IMG/VR virus record: IMGVR_UViG_3300015195_000006
Span: 1-64,000 of that record
Source: a virus
Length of the DNA stretch: 64,000 nucleotides
Strand: one strand, 5' to 3'
Numbering within the stretch: position 1 is the stretch's first letter; each line of letters opens with the position of its first letter. The position numbers and the translations under genes are program-made. The notes under the pieces were generated by a model. The model was not told where the DNA came from. It did not search any database and worked only from the letters and a program-made list of their open reading frames with translations. This document shows positions 15,533-23,168 of this stretch, one piece after another.

Positions 15533-15901
15533 TTATAGCGCGAGAGTATTTTGACCGTGAGACAACCGATATTGGGTTACTGCTTGTTCTCCTTCTAACC
15601 GAGCTGTCTCGGTTGTTGGACCGGCAACATAGCCATAAGTATTTCTATCGTCGGCAATTCTGATATAGCCGAGCCAGTCCAAGATGGCGCAGATTTGCGC
15701 GATTGAAAGGTCTTTCGTGGAGCCGCTTGTCTCGGGAAAGAGAGACTTGCAAACCTCGTGGCGGGTCGTCGGGAAACATTCTTCCAGGTGAATGACGAGC
15801 ACGGCGCGCAGACCCTTCTCGTTCTTGACGGTGCGATTGAACTCACGCACCTTGCGATTGAGCATGGCTCGAAGATTGTCGAGTGAGAGTGGTCTAATCA
15901 T
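15533..15901 (-). CDS. hypothetical protein (122 aa)
   Basis: Track ORF. Confidence 0.55.
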   Translation of the reverse strand: MIRPLSLDNLRAMLNRKVREFNRTVKNEKGLRAVLVIHLEECFPTTRHEVCKSLFPETSGSTKDLSIAQICAILDWLGYIRIADDRNTYGYVAGPTTETARLEGEQAVTQYRLSHGQNTLAL

Positions 15902-16500
15902 CGCTTGCCTTCTATCGCGTTGATAGCCGCGACAACTGGATTCTCTGCGTCGAGAATCTCAACTTTCCTGTTAACGGTAAAACTCTGATGACAGAACGGG
16001 CATTCAATCTTGGGTGGGTCAATGCCGCGTTCTTCTTTGGCTATTTTATTCCGCAGATGCATCGTTGGCATTTCGTTTTCAATCGCCATCTGCAAATACT
16101 TTTCTTGTTTGTCTGATGAGAGAGCCGCGACCTCGGCGTGTGCCGAAAAAGATATTTCTCCTATCCTGCGCTGGTCAGGCGCAACGTGGGCGGCGGTGTA
16201 TTTGATATTGGCAAGCGTTGAATAACTTAGCCCGGTCACCTCTATGGCTTGAGCATACATTTCGCCGTAATGCTGTTCGCCGTAAACAAGCGCGTCCCCA
16301 ATCCAGAATTGGAAGGGACGCACTATTTTCTCCTCGACCTGCTTGAGAATTTCCATACAGGCATACCACTCGGCATAGTCTGGTTTCCCGCGCACGGTCA
16401 TCCCGTTCTGTTCAAAGTGAAAAGAACCGATGACCAAACAGCCGTTTAAAGCCCATTTGAGTTTGGACTTGCGGGGTGTCAGAGCAGACATTGATTTCAT
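15898..16500 (-). CDS. putative DNA-binding protein (ParB-type HTH-like segment plus C-terminal zinc ribbon)
   Basis: FWIGDALVYGEQHYGEMYAQAIEVTGLSYSTLANIKYTAAHV...SFSAHAEVAAL. CPFCHQ near the C-terminus. The function call is tentative. Confidence 0.45.
   Translation of the reverse strand: MKSMSALTPRKSKLKWALNGCLVIGSFHFEQNGMTVRGKPDYAEWYACMEILKQVEEKIVRPFQFWIGDALVYGEQHYGEMYAQAIEVTGLSYSTLANIKYTAAHVAPDQRRIGEISFSAHAEVAALSSDKQEKYLQMAIENEMPTMHLRNKIAKEERGIDPPKIECPFCHQSFTVNRKVEILDAENPVVAAINAIEGKR
15965..15980. repeat. copy of 16-bp dyad motif
   Basis: Forward TTCCTG TTAA CGGTAA, which is reverse-complement TTACCG TTAA CAGGAA. Encodes FTVNRK in CDS 15898..16500. Confidence 0.85.
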
Positions 16501-16509
16501 TGTGACTCC

Positions 16510-16725
16510 TCAGCTCAAATGCTTCAGATATTCAATCGCTTCATCACACTTGTCTTGATACGCCCTGTAGCCATCGAGAATTTCTTGGCGGGTCTGTCCA
16601 CTCTCGCCGTGTTGCTCTTGCATCTCTTCTTTGGAGAGACCGCGAAATGCGAGTTTGGCTCGCTGAAAATCGTCACCTCTCGAAGCATATACCGCTTCGA
16701 TGGCTAGTTTGATATTTTGATTCAT
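16510..16725 (-). CDS. hypothetical protein (71 aa)
   Basis: Track ORF. Confidence 0.5.
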   Translation of the reverse strand: MNQNIKLAIEAVYASRGDDFQRAKLAFRGLSKEEMQEQHGESGQTRQEILDGYRAYQDKCDEAIEYLKHLS

Positions 16726-16728
16726 TGT

Positions 16729-17064
16729 TTACTCCTGCGGGGCTAACTCCCGAGCGCGTTTGCGAAAGTCCAACTCTCCGTCTTGGTGGCGGGCATCGTT
16801 CCACGCAATCACCAGATAGAGATACTTCTTGTTGATGCGCCAAACACTGCGTCCGCGATCGTTGAAATACTTGATCTCCGAGCGCGGGACCGGGAACGGA
16901 AAGTCGCGTTCCTTGGGGATAGTCGAGTGGGCGGTCCCGGTGGTCGTTTCCTTGATAACCCATCGGCGCAAAGTTGGGGCGATAATTGCGTTTTGAATCT
17001 TGCCTGCGAACTTCAGCCGCATCGCCTCGGTGCAAATTGCGCGAGAGCCGATAAATTGATTCAT
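16729..17064 (-). CDS. hypothetical protein (111 aa)
   Basis: Track ORF. TAGGAGGATAATG start context. Confidence 0.55.
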   Translation of the reverse strand: MNQFIGSRAICTEAMRLKFAGKIQNAIIAPTLRRWVIKETTTGTAHSTIPKERDFPFPVPRSEIKYFNDRGRSVWRINKKYLYLVIAWNDARHQDGELDFRKRARELAPQE

Positions 17065-17143
17065 TATCCTCCTAAACTATAGCGGCTCGGTTCGCCTTCG
17101 CCAGATGCAAGACCGATATTACAAAGCTGGACACCGCTATTCC

Positions 17144-17173
17144 GTTATATCACACTTCGTCTGATGATGTCAA
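17144..17173 (-). promoter_or_regulatory. sigma70-type promoter
   Basis: Minus strand reads TTGACA (17173-17168), 18 nt, TATAAC (17149-17144). Confidence 0.45.
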
Positions 17174-17182
17174 TACAGACGG

Positions 17183-17377
17183 TCAAACAACTAGGAATTT
17201 ACGCCAATCTCGGCGTAGTCGTTTCTTCTCAACAGGAAATTGCATACAGGTTGAGAATCCATTATGAAGCGGGTCAAAGAGTAACCACTTCGGATTACCC
17301 GTCATAAAGACTTGGAATTGTCCGCTACTGATTTGCAACTTCCCGATGTACTGCTTAACCATGTAGCGCGAATCCAT
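17183..17377 (-). CDS. hypothetical protein (64 aa)
   Basis: Internal ATG 17377 overlaps the upstream TAA (TAATG). Confidence 0.4.
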   Translation of the reverse strand: MDSRYMVKQYIGKLQISSGQFQVFMTGNPKWLLFDPLHNGFSTCMQFPVEKKRLRRDWRKFLVV

Positions 17378-17622
17378 TATCGCACGACTACCTTTTCCTT
17401 CTCGCCTTTCAGTCCGGTCTTGAGGAATCCGCGCCACGCATCGGCTTCGGCATAAAGCAGAGATCCGGCGAACGATTCCATATCGAGCATATCATAGGGC
17501 GATTGCTCGGTCGTGTGGGATGCATAGGTAATCCCGTCCACGATGGCGCCGATAGTCGGTTTTGTGCCCGCGCCGCCGTAGGTTTCCATCGCCTTGAGAG
17601 TTTGTTCGTCTTGAGCGTTCAT
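17377..17622 (-). CDS. hypothetical protein (81 aa)
   Basis: Track ORF. Confidence 0.5.
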   Translation of the reverse strand: MNAQDEQTLKAMETYGGAGTKPTIGAIVDGITYASHTTEQSPYDMLDMESFAGSLLYAEADAWRGFLKTGLKGEKEKVVVR

Positions 17623-17978
17623 GCTTTCTCCTTATGACAGTCGCATATGCAACCATCGCAGTAATTGTGCAAATCGGTTTCGCAGGCAACCGTCTTGGTA
17701 TATTGATAGAGCGAGATGCCTGACGTTGCGGGTGGACGAAGATCGCGCTCGTCGTACTCAGCCCGCCTTGGTTCTCTTGCAGACTTGCAGTAATCGCACT
17801 CACATTCGTGTTCTTGAACGAAGACATTCACTTTCAGGTTTGCTCGTTCGACGGCGCGCTCTGCAAGGAATTTCTTTTCGTAGCTATTCACCATGAGAGT
17901 GTCACCGTCAATCGACATCTTGATTGCCTCGGCAAGTTCGGTGTGCCAATTCTTTTCGGGAATGCGAATTGTTTTCAC
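17619..17978 (-). CDS. Cys-rich hypothetical protein (119 aa)
   Basis: Track ORF. CECDYC...CDGCICDC. Confidence 0.55.
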   Translation of the reverse strand: MKTIRIPEKNWHTELAEAIKMSIDGDTLMVNSYEKKFLAERAVERANLKVNVFVQEHECECDYCKSAREPRRAEYDERDLRPPATSGISLYQYTKTVACETDLHNYCDGCICDCHKEKA

Positions 17979-18109
17979 TCATCCTCCTTTGGAATCCACG
18001 TTCTGATTGCTTCGCAATTAGAGCATTTCCAAGAACCATTCGGTTGCTGGAAAAAGAGATGTGATGCGCCACAAGCGAAACAGTATAACCACTTCGTTAC
18101 TTGTTCCAT
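17975..18109 (-). CDS. small zinc-ribbon ORF (44 aa)
   Basis: ATG 18109 follows AGGAGG. CFACG...CSNC. Its stop overlaps the GTG at 17978. Confidence 0.35.
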   Translation of the reverse strand: MEQVTKWLYCFACGASHLFFQQPNGSWKCSNCEAIRTWIPKEDE

Positions 18110-18129
18110 TCTGACCTCCTTGTGAGATT

Positions 18130-18145
18130 TTACTGTTACCGGGAA
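18130..18145. repeat. copy of 16-bp dyad motif
   Basis: Forward TTACTG TTAC CGGGAA, which is reverse-complement TTCCCG GTAA CAGTAA. Its centre supplies the TAA stop of CDS 18136..18336. Confidence 0.85.
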
Positions 18146-18336
18146 GATTGCAGGAACTTTCGGTCAACCTTATCATCATTCTTCCAACTGCTGATGCACG
18201 CTTTGCATGTCACCGACCGAATTGTCGGGTCATAAAGCATCTTGGCACTTATTCCCTTGCCACAGTACGTTCGGCGTACATATCCGCCAATGTGGTTGTC
18301 CCATGTCATTGACCTTTGGAAATGTATTTTCATCAT
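18136..18336 (-). CDS. hypothetical protein (66 aa)
   Basis: Track ORF trimmed to the ATG at 18336, which follows GGAGGAA. Confidence 0.45.
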   Translation of the reverse strand: MMKIHFQRSMTWDNHIGGYVRRTYCGKGISAKMLYDPTIRSVTCKACISSWKNDDKVDRKFLQSSR

Positions 18337-18497
18337 TTCCTCCAAGTGCGCGGATCATTCTTGCAGTAGCCGCACGTGCATTGTGGCGGCTCTTTGTGGT
18401 CAACGCTTGTGAGAACGAATCGCGCCTTGCGTTCGCTTCCGTATTTCTCAACCCATTCCTCAATCTCGCGGGTTGCTGGCGATTCACTTCTTGCCAC
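18333..18497 (-). CDS. small ORF (54 aa)
   Basis: GTG 18497 follows AAGGAGG. Hand translation MARSESPATREIEEWVEKYGSERKARF...CTCGYC. The track ORF 18230..18487, in another frame, is Arg-rich and looks spurious. Confidence 0.4.
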   Translation of the reverse strand: MARSESPATREIEEWVEKYGSERKARFVLTSVDHKEPPQCTCGYCKNDPRTWRK

Positions 18498-18711
18498 TTT
18501 TCACCTCCTTCAGGGGAATTGCGGACTTTATTGTAATCCCTTTATCAATCGCCTCTTGCCAGCACACCTTACAAGCCGGTAGGGTCTCTTCCTTTTCTTG
18601 GACAACGGTTAAGTTGACTATTGCATTGTTATCGCATTGTTCCCAAGTAACCGGTCCAAGCGTAAACGTGCCGCCACGCCTTCTCCAACCCTCACATCTC
18701 GTTGCCATCAA
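18484..18711 (-). CDS. hypothetical protein (75 aa)
   Basis: Track ORF. Confidence 0.5.
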   Translation of the reverse strand: MMATRCEGWRRRGGTFTLGPVTWEQCDNNAIVNLTVVQEKEETLPACKVCWQEAIDKGITIKSAIPLKEVKSGKK

Positions 18712-19010
18712 TCATCCTCATTTCTGGAATAGTCGCCTTCTTCGTAACCAGGACATTCAGCGAGGCGACAAGCTGAGACGTGTCCCGTTCCTTTGCAGTC
18801 CGAACAATCAACCCAGGTAAATTCGTTCTTTTCTGGGGTAACGTCAACCTGACCGCCCACACAACCAAAACCCGGACAGTCAGTTGATTCGCGATGATCT
18901 TCGTAAGCGTAGCCGCAGTTCGCACAGGGAGCCATCGGTCTTTCTTCCGGTGGCTCGATGCTGCGCTCGGCGCGGCGGGTTGTGTAAATCTGATTTGGTT
19001 CCACGGTCAT
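18708..19010 (-). CDS. Cys-rich protein with DnaJ-type CxxCxGxG zinc finger (100 aa)
   Basis: CANCG...CPGFG...CSDCKGTG. Start at the internal ATG 19010, in ATGA overlap. Confidence 0.5.
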   Translation of the reverse strand: MTVEPNQIYTTRRAERSIEPPEERPMAPCANCGYAYEDHRESTDCPGFGCVGGQVDVTPEKNEFTWVDCSDCKGTGHVSACRLAECPGYEEGDYSRNEDD

Positions 19011-19177
19011 TCTCCTTTTAAGAGTAATTCGTGAATCTCTCGCCGCGCATCGCTGACAACTTTCCTTGCCGCGATCCACTCATCGGTGAAGAGGGCGAAG
19101 GTCTTGCCTTCAATGGCAGCAAGTTCGTTCTGTGCATCAATGAATCGGTTGAATAATTCGAGTAGTTTCTCGATCAT
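19007..19177 (-). CDS. small helical protein (56 aa)
   Basis: Internal ATG 19177 in ATGA overlap with the upstream stop. Confidence 0.45.
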   Translation of the reverse strand: MIEKLLELFNRFIDAQNELAAIEGKTFALFTDEWIAARKVVSDARREIHELLLKGE

Positions 19178-19431
19178 TGCGCCTCCGTGAATTGGTCCAG
19201 TTCTTTTCTGATTCGCATTTGGGTTCTGGTAATCTCGTCCTCTACGTCTGCAAACGTGCATACCACCGCAGACTCGAGCATAGACATCGGGATTAGTTCC
19301 GCTTTCTGGTTTTTGAAGACGTTTCGCACCCAGAGCACTTTCACGATTCGGTCGCCCATTACGGAAATGGCGTAGATGTCCAGAACCATTCCACACCCCA
19401 AAACGGTTTTGATGAAATCATTCACCTTCAT
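19174..19431 (-). CDS. hypothetical protein (85 aa)
   Basis: Track ORF trimmed to ATG 19431. Confidence 0.4.
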   Translation of the reverse strand: MKVNDFIKTVLGCGMVLDIYAISVMGDRIVKVLWVRNVFKNQKAELIPMSMLESAVVCTFADVEDEITRTQMRIRKELDQFTEAQ

Positions 19432-19624
19432 AGAGAATCCTCTCTGCCGTGTTTTCGGCTTGCTCGCTGCTTCGGGCATTGTAGCCCAAAAGTCCAAGGA
19501 GGTGAATCAGAATCATGTGCGATCCATCGCGCCAGCTTGAACCTTCATCGCGCTCTCGGCAATCTTGGTACGCATCGGCTAACTGATTGCGTTCATCCTG
19601 AGTCAGTTTCTTTGGCATCTTCAA
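19418..19624 (-). CDS. hypothetical protein (68 aa)
   Basis: Track ORF. Confidence 0.45.
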   Translation of the reverse strand: MKMPKKLTQDERNQLADAYQDCRERDEGSSWRDGSHMILIHLLGLLGYNARSSEQAENTAERILYEGE

Positions 19625-19790
19625 TCTCCTTGGAGATTTTCTCCCTAAGGATTTCTATGTAATCCTTATCAAGCGGCGCCAGCCCAATCGCCTTTAGGAT
19701 TGCTAGTCCTTGTGGCTTGTTGGGCGATGGCGAGGTGTATTCAAGATTGACCGTTGGTTGTTCCATTTTATCAGGAACTTTACGTCCCAT
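19593..19790 (-). CDS. hypothetical protein (65 aa)
   Basis: Track ORF. ATG lies immediately after the upstream TAG. Confidence 0.4.
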   Translation of the reverse strand: MGRKVPDKMEQPTVNLEYTSPSPNKPQGLAILKAIGLAPLDKDYIEILREKISKEIEDAKETDSG

Positions 19791-20021
19791 CTAACCCTCC
19801 CGTTTCAAGATTTCGTCAGCAGACTTTGGTGGGTGACGAGTTCCAAAGGTTGCCATCCAGTAAGACAGCACCTTGCCGGCTTGCTCTTTGGTCAGTTCTG
19901 GGAACTCATCCATCACGTAAGGACGCGCGCCGAACATGTTCGTTTCGCCTGACTCACGCAGTTCGTCCAGATATACGAGCATTTCATCAGTCAGATATTC
20001 GGGCTTAGTTTCGTTTGCCAT
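19791..20021 (-). CDS. hypothetical protein (76 aa)
   Basis: Track ORF with AAGGAG Shine-Dalgarno. Confidence 0.55.
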   Translation of the reverse strand: MANETKPEYLTDEMLVYLDELRESGETNMFGARPYVMDEFPELTKEQAGKVLSYWMATFGTRHPPKSADEILKREG

Positions 20022-20395
20022 TTCATTCTCCTTGTCGGTTTAAGGATGACCGCCAACCTGAATTATCCCACAAGTCTTGGGATTTCTGAGTAGCCCATCG
20101 ACGTCGCTCATACAGCGTGTCTGAGTCAATTCTGTTCTTGGCTCAACCTAACCCGGTGGGCTACTCACAAACCCCAAGTAGGGCAGATCCGTATAGGTTC
20201 TGCCCATTGGGTTTGTTTAACATTTGCTCAGCCATCGTTTGTGGCATCCGGGCAACGTTTCCTATTCCGTCTTAGGTCAGGAGAGTTACTGACTGCGTTT
20301 GCGAGGATCATTGTCACCGCGGAACCCCGTTGCTCATTTGATAATGAGTGGGATTTTGTGAGAGGATTCAGTTGGTAAGGAGCTACGAACGATTA
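20022..20395 (-). other. 374-nt non-coding, hairpin-dense spacer inside the leftward operon
   Basis: No ORF over 25 codons on either strand. Stems include GAGTAGCCCA/TGGGCTACTC (20089, 20157), CAAACCC..GGGCAGA/TCTGCCC..GGGTTTG (20168-20215), GTCAG/CTGAC (20276-20293) and CTCATT/AATGAG (20333-20348). Confidence 0.4.
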
Positions 20396-20617
20396 CTACA
20401 CTGAAAATATCCACGCATTATTTGGAAAACATGCGTGATTAAAATGCTTGCCGTCTTTTTGAAATTCTCTATAAGCGATGTCTTCAAGCCCACAGGTCAT
20501 ACAGGTGCAAAGTTCGTCTTGCTTGAATCCAGATATTCGGGGCTTGGCAGTTGCGATGTGTTTTACAAATTCTGCCTTAGCCCGCAAACTCTTGCTAGTC
20601 CGTCTTGTGGCTTTCAT
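20396..20617 (-). CDS. hypothetical Cys-containing protein (73 aa)
   Basis: Track ORF. Confidence 0.5.
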   Translation of the reverse strand: MKATRRTSKSLRAKAEFVKHIATAKPRISGFKQDELCTCMTCGLEDIAYREFQKDGKHFNHACFPNNAWIFSV

Positions 20618-20887
20618 CTATCTCTCCACGCGAGAGACACACACAACGCCTTGCTCTTGATATGCGCCGGTGGCAATTCCAACAAACTCAACCTTGACGT
20701 TTTTGGGAGCGGTGCACCAAAAAAGACCTTTTCCCCACTGTGCATTACTCATGGGCTTACCGTCTGCTGGGTTCATAAACCGAGCAGCTTTCTCATTTGG
20801 CGCCACCACGATGGCGGATTCAAAAGCACCCTGCTCGTTGTTTTCCTCTTGGCTTATGCGGTAGATTTTCATTTTATTTGCGCTCAT
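20618..20887 (-). CDS. hypothetical protein (89 aa), first gene of the leftward block
   Basis: Internal ATG 20887 follows AAAGGAG. The longer track ORF would run through the promoter region. Confidence 0.5.
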   Translation of the reverse strand: MSANKMKIYRISQEENNEQGAFESAIVVAPNEKAARFMNPADGKPMSNAQWGKGLFWCTAPKNVKVEFVGIATGAYQEQGVVCVSRVER

Positions 20888-20923
20888 TCTATTCTCCTTT
20901 GTCTGGATACTCGCTACAGACAC

Positions 20924-20952
20924 AATATAAATCATTTTGTCTGCAATGTCAA
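20924..20952 (-). promoter_or_regulatory. leftward sigma70-type promoter
   Basis: Minus strand reads TTGACA (20952-20947), 17 nt, TATATT (20929-20924). Confidence 0.55.
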
Positions 20953-20996
20953 TACCCAATATGGCAAATTCGGGCAAAATGGTATTAAAGTTTTGG

Positions 20997-21026
20997 TTGA
21001 CGGTATAGGGGTTTAGCGAGTATACT
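20997..21026 (+). promoter_or_regulatory. rightward sigma70-type promoter
   Basis: TTGACG (20997-21002), 18 nt, TATACT (21021-21026). Confidence 0.45.
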
Positions 21027-21260
21027 ATGGATTGTATGCAATCCCTGACACAGCAAATAGCCACGTTCTCACGGACGTTTTATGACTTGTGGATTCATCA
21101 GCATCAATTCAATGAGGAAGCAACGCGGGAAATAGCTTTGTTGAAGAAAGAGATTGCTGATCTTAGGGCGCTTCGCGAGCAAGACGGCAAGGACATTGCG
21201 ACCATCGGATTGGGGCTTGGCGATGCGGCGCAACAAGTTAAGAAGATGCGGAATGAGTAA
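21027..21260 (+). CDS. small coiled-coil protein (77 aa; may start at ATG 21036)
   Basis: Track ORF. No Shine-Dalgarno; the ATGs lie 1 and 10 nt after the -10 hexamer. Confidence 0.45.
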   Translation: MDCMQSLTQQIATFSRTFYDLWIHQHQFNEEATREIALLKKEIADLRALREQDGKDIATIGLGLGDAAQQVKKMRNE

Positions 21261-21828
21261 TTTACCCGTCAACGGGAAAACCGAGCCGATTCCTAAAGCC
21301 AAACGCAAATTGACCGATAGGCAGAAAGTATTCGTTTGGGAATATCTGCATTGTTGGAATGCCAGTGAAGCGGCAAGGCGTGCTGGCTACAAGACACGCT
21401 CCAATGAAGCGGGTCGTTTGGCTATGTCAAACCCTGACATACGTGCCGCGATAGATGTGCGGTTGGCAGAAATGGGTATGAGCGCGAATGAGGTTCTGTC
21501 TCGCCTATCCGAACACGCACGCGGCGATCTGGCTCCGTTTCTAAACCCCGAAGGCGTAATAGACCTAACGACCCCTCAAGCAAGAGAGCACCTTTATCTA
21601 ATCAAGAAAATAAAACAACACGAGGTTCGCGGGACCAATGCCGCCGGTGCCGATTTTGAGAACGTTGACACAGAGATAGAGCTTCATGATCCCCAGTCCG
21701 CCCTTGTGCATCTTGGGCGTCATCACAAATTGTTCACAGACAAAATTGAGCAAGGCGGTTCGTTCGTCTTGCGCGTGGTCTATGGCGATCCGAGCAACGC
21801 GGTCGAGGCTGGGTTAGATAAGAAGTAG
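21253..21828 (+). CDS. terS: terminase small subunit
   Basis: LTDRQKVFVWEYLHCWNASEAARRAGYKTRSNEAGRLAMSNPDIRAAI matches the Terminase_2 HTH pattern. Lies directly upstream of the large subunit. Confidence 0.8.
   Translation: MSNLPVNGKTEPIPKAKRKLTDRQKVFVWEYLHCWNASEAARRAGYKTRSNEAGRLAMSNPDIRAAIDVRLAEMGMSANEVLSRLSEHARGDLAPFLNPEGVIDLTTPQAREHLYLIKKIKQHEVRGTNAAGADFENVDTEIELHDPQSALVHLGRHHKLFTDKIEQGGSFVLRVVYGDPSNAVEAGLDKK
21263..21278. repeat. near-copy (one mismatch) of the 16-bp dyad motif
   Basis: TACCCG TCAA CGGGAA. Encodes LPVNGK at the N-terminus of TerS. Confidence 0.75.
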
Positions 21829-21858
21829 TTACATAAGATTATGAATAGTTACATAAGA
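21826..21858 (+). repeat. 13-bp direct repeat TAGTTACATAAGA x2
   Basis: Copies at 21826-21838 (overlapping the terS stop) and 21846-21858, in the terS-terL gap. Confidence 0.8.
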
Positions 21859-21914
21859 CAGTTTACGGCTTTTTGCGCGATGCCCTGCCCTCTCTCATAG
21901 TCCGTCATATCGCG

Positions 21915-23168
21915 ATGGTAAAAGAGCTTGTAGTTGCAATCCCAGAGCCGCATCCTAGCCAATTAGAATTTATACGGTCAAGTGTTAAGCGCAAAATAAT
22001 CCGCGCGGGACGCCGTTCCGGGAAAACAGTTGGCGTTGCGATCCTCGCTCTTGAACAATTCCTAAAGGGGCGTCGTGTCTTGTATGCCGCGCCGGTGCAA
22101 GACCAAGTAAATCGTTTTTGGTATGAAGTGACACGCGCTCTGGCTGAGCCAATTGACTCCCAGGTTCTTTACAAAAATGAAACAGAGCACCTCATTGAAG
22201 TGCCGAGAACGCTACAAGCCATCAGAGCAAAAACCGCTTGGAACGCCGACACCCTGAGAGGCGATTACGCTGACCTTCTCATTCTCGACGAATACCAACT
22301 AATGAATGAAGACACATGGGAAGTTGTTGGGGCACCCATGCTCTTGGATAACGATGGCGCGGCGGTTTTCGTCTACACACCGCCTTCTTTGCGGAAACTG
22401 GGCATCTCGAAAGCCAAAGACCCACAACACGCCGCCAAGATGTTCAACCGGGCGGCACTCGACAAGACGGGAAGATGGAAAGGGTTTCATTTCACAAGCC
22501 ACGACAATCCGCACATCAGCGAGATTGCGCTAGCCGAGATCACCGACGATATGACCGAGATGGCATATCGTCAAGAGATTATGGCAGAGGACATCGAGGA
22601 CAATCCACTTTCCTTGTTCAAACGAACCGACATTGAGAAGGGACGTGTTCTGCAAGTCCCGCAACTTTCTGAGATTGTCGTCGCTGTGGATCCAGCGGCA
22701 GACGGAGAAGGCGATGCCTGCGGCATTGTAGCCGCTGGACGCACCAGCGAAGGCGGTACCGGCAAAGACCATTACTATGTCTTAGAAGATGCAACGATGA
22801 ACGGATCGCCCGAACAGCAAGCGATTGCCGCAATCACGCTCTACAACAAATATCACGCCAACCGAATCGTCGCCGAAAAGAATCAAGGCGGCAAGTGGAT
22901 CACCGCAGTATTCCGTCAAGTAGACAAAGAAGTCCCAGTCAAACTGGTTTGGGCATCTGAAGGAAAAGAAGCACGCGCCGAGCCAATTGTGGTAATCTAT
23001 GAGCAAGGACGAGCGCATCACGTTGGAATGTGGAACGCGCTCGAAGATGAAATGTGTCTGTGGGCTCATGGATCACCCTCACCCAACAGACTCGACGCTC
23101 TAGTGTGGTCTGCTACTGACTTGATGCTTAAGAAAGGTCAGACCTGGGTGCCAAGGAGTAAAGAATGA
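21915..23168 (+). CDS. terL: terminase large subunit
   Basis: Walker A AGRRSGKTVGVA, Walker B-like LLILDEY, and a C-terminal nuclease-like region. Start taken at ATG 21915 rather than TTG 21873. Confidence 0.9.
   Translation: MVKELVVAIPEPHPSQLEFIRSSVKRKIIRAGRRSGKTVGVAILALEQFLKGRRVLYAAPVQDQVNRFWYEVTRALAEPIDSQVLYKNETEHLIEVPRTLQAIRAKTAWNADTLRGDYADLLILDEYQLMNEDTWEVVGAPMLLDNDGAAVFVYTPPSLRKLGISKAKDPQHAAKMFNRAALDKTGRWKGFHFTSHDNPHISEIALAEITDDMTEMAYRQEIMAEDIEDNPLSLFKRTDIEKGRVLQVPQLSEIVVAVDPAADGEGDACGIVAAGRTSEGGTGKDHYYVLEDATMNGSPEQQAIAAITLYNKYHANRIVAEKNQGGKWITAVFRQVDKEVPVKLVWASEGKEARAEPIVVIYEQGRAHHVGMWNALEDEMCLWAHGSPSPNRLDALVWSATDLMLKKGQTWVPRSKE

Noticed and set aside
18230-18487. 85-aa minus-strand track ORF
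   Set aside because: It is Arg/Asn-rich. A different frame over the same DNA (18333..18497) has a strong AAGGAGG-GTG start, a protein-like sequence and proper coupling to the next gene.
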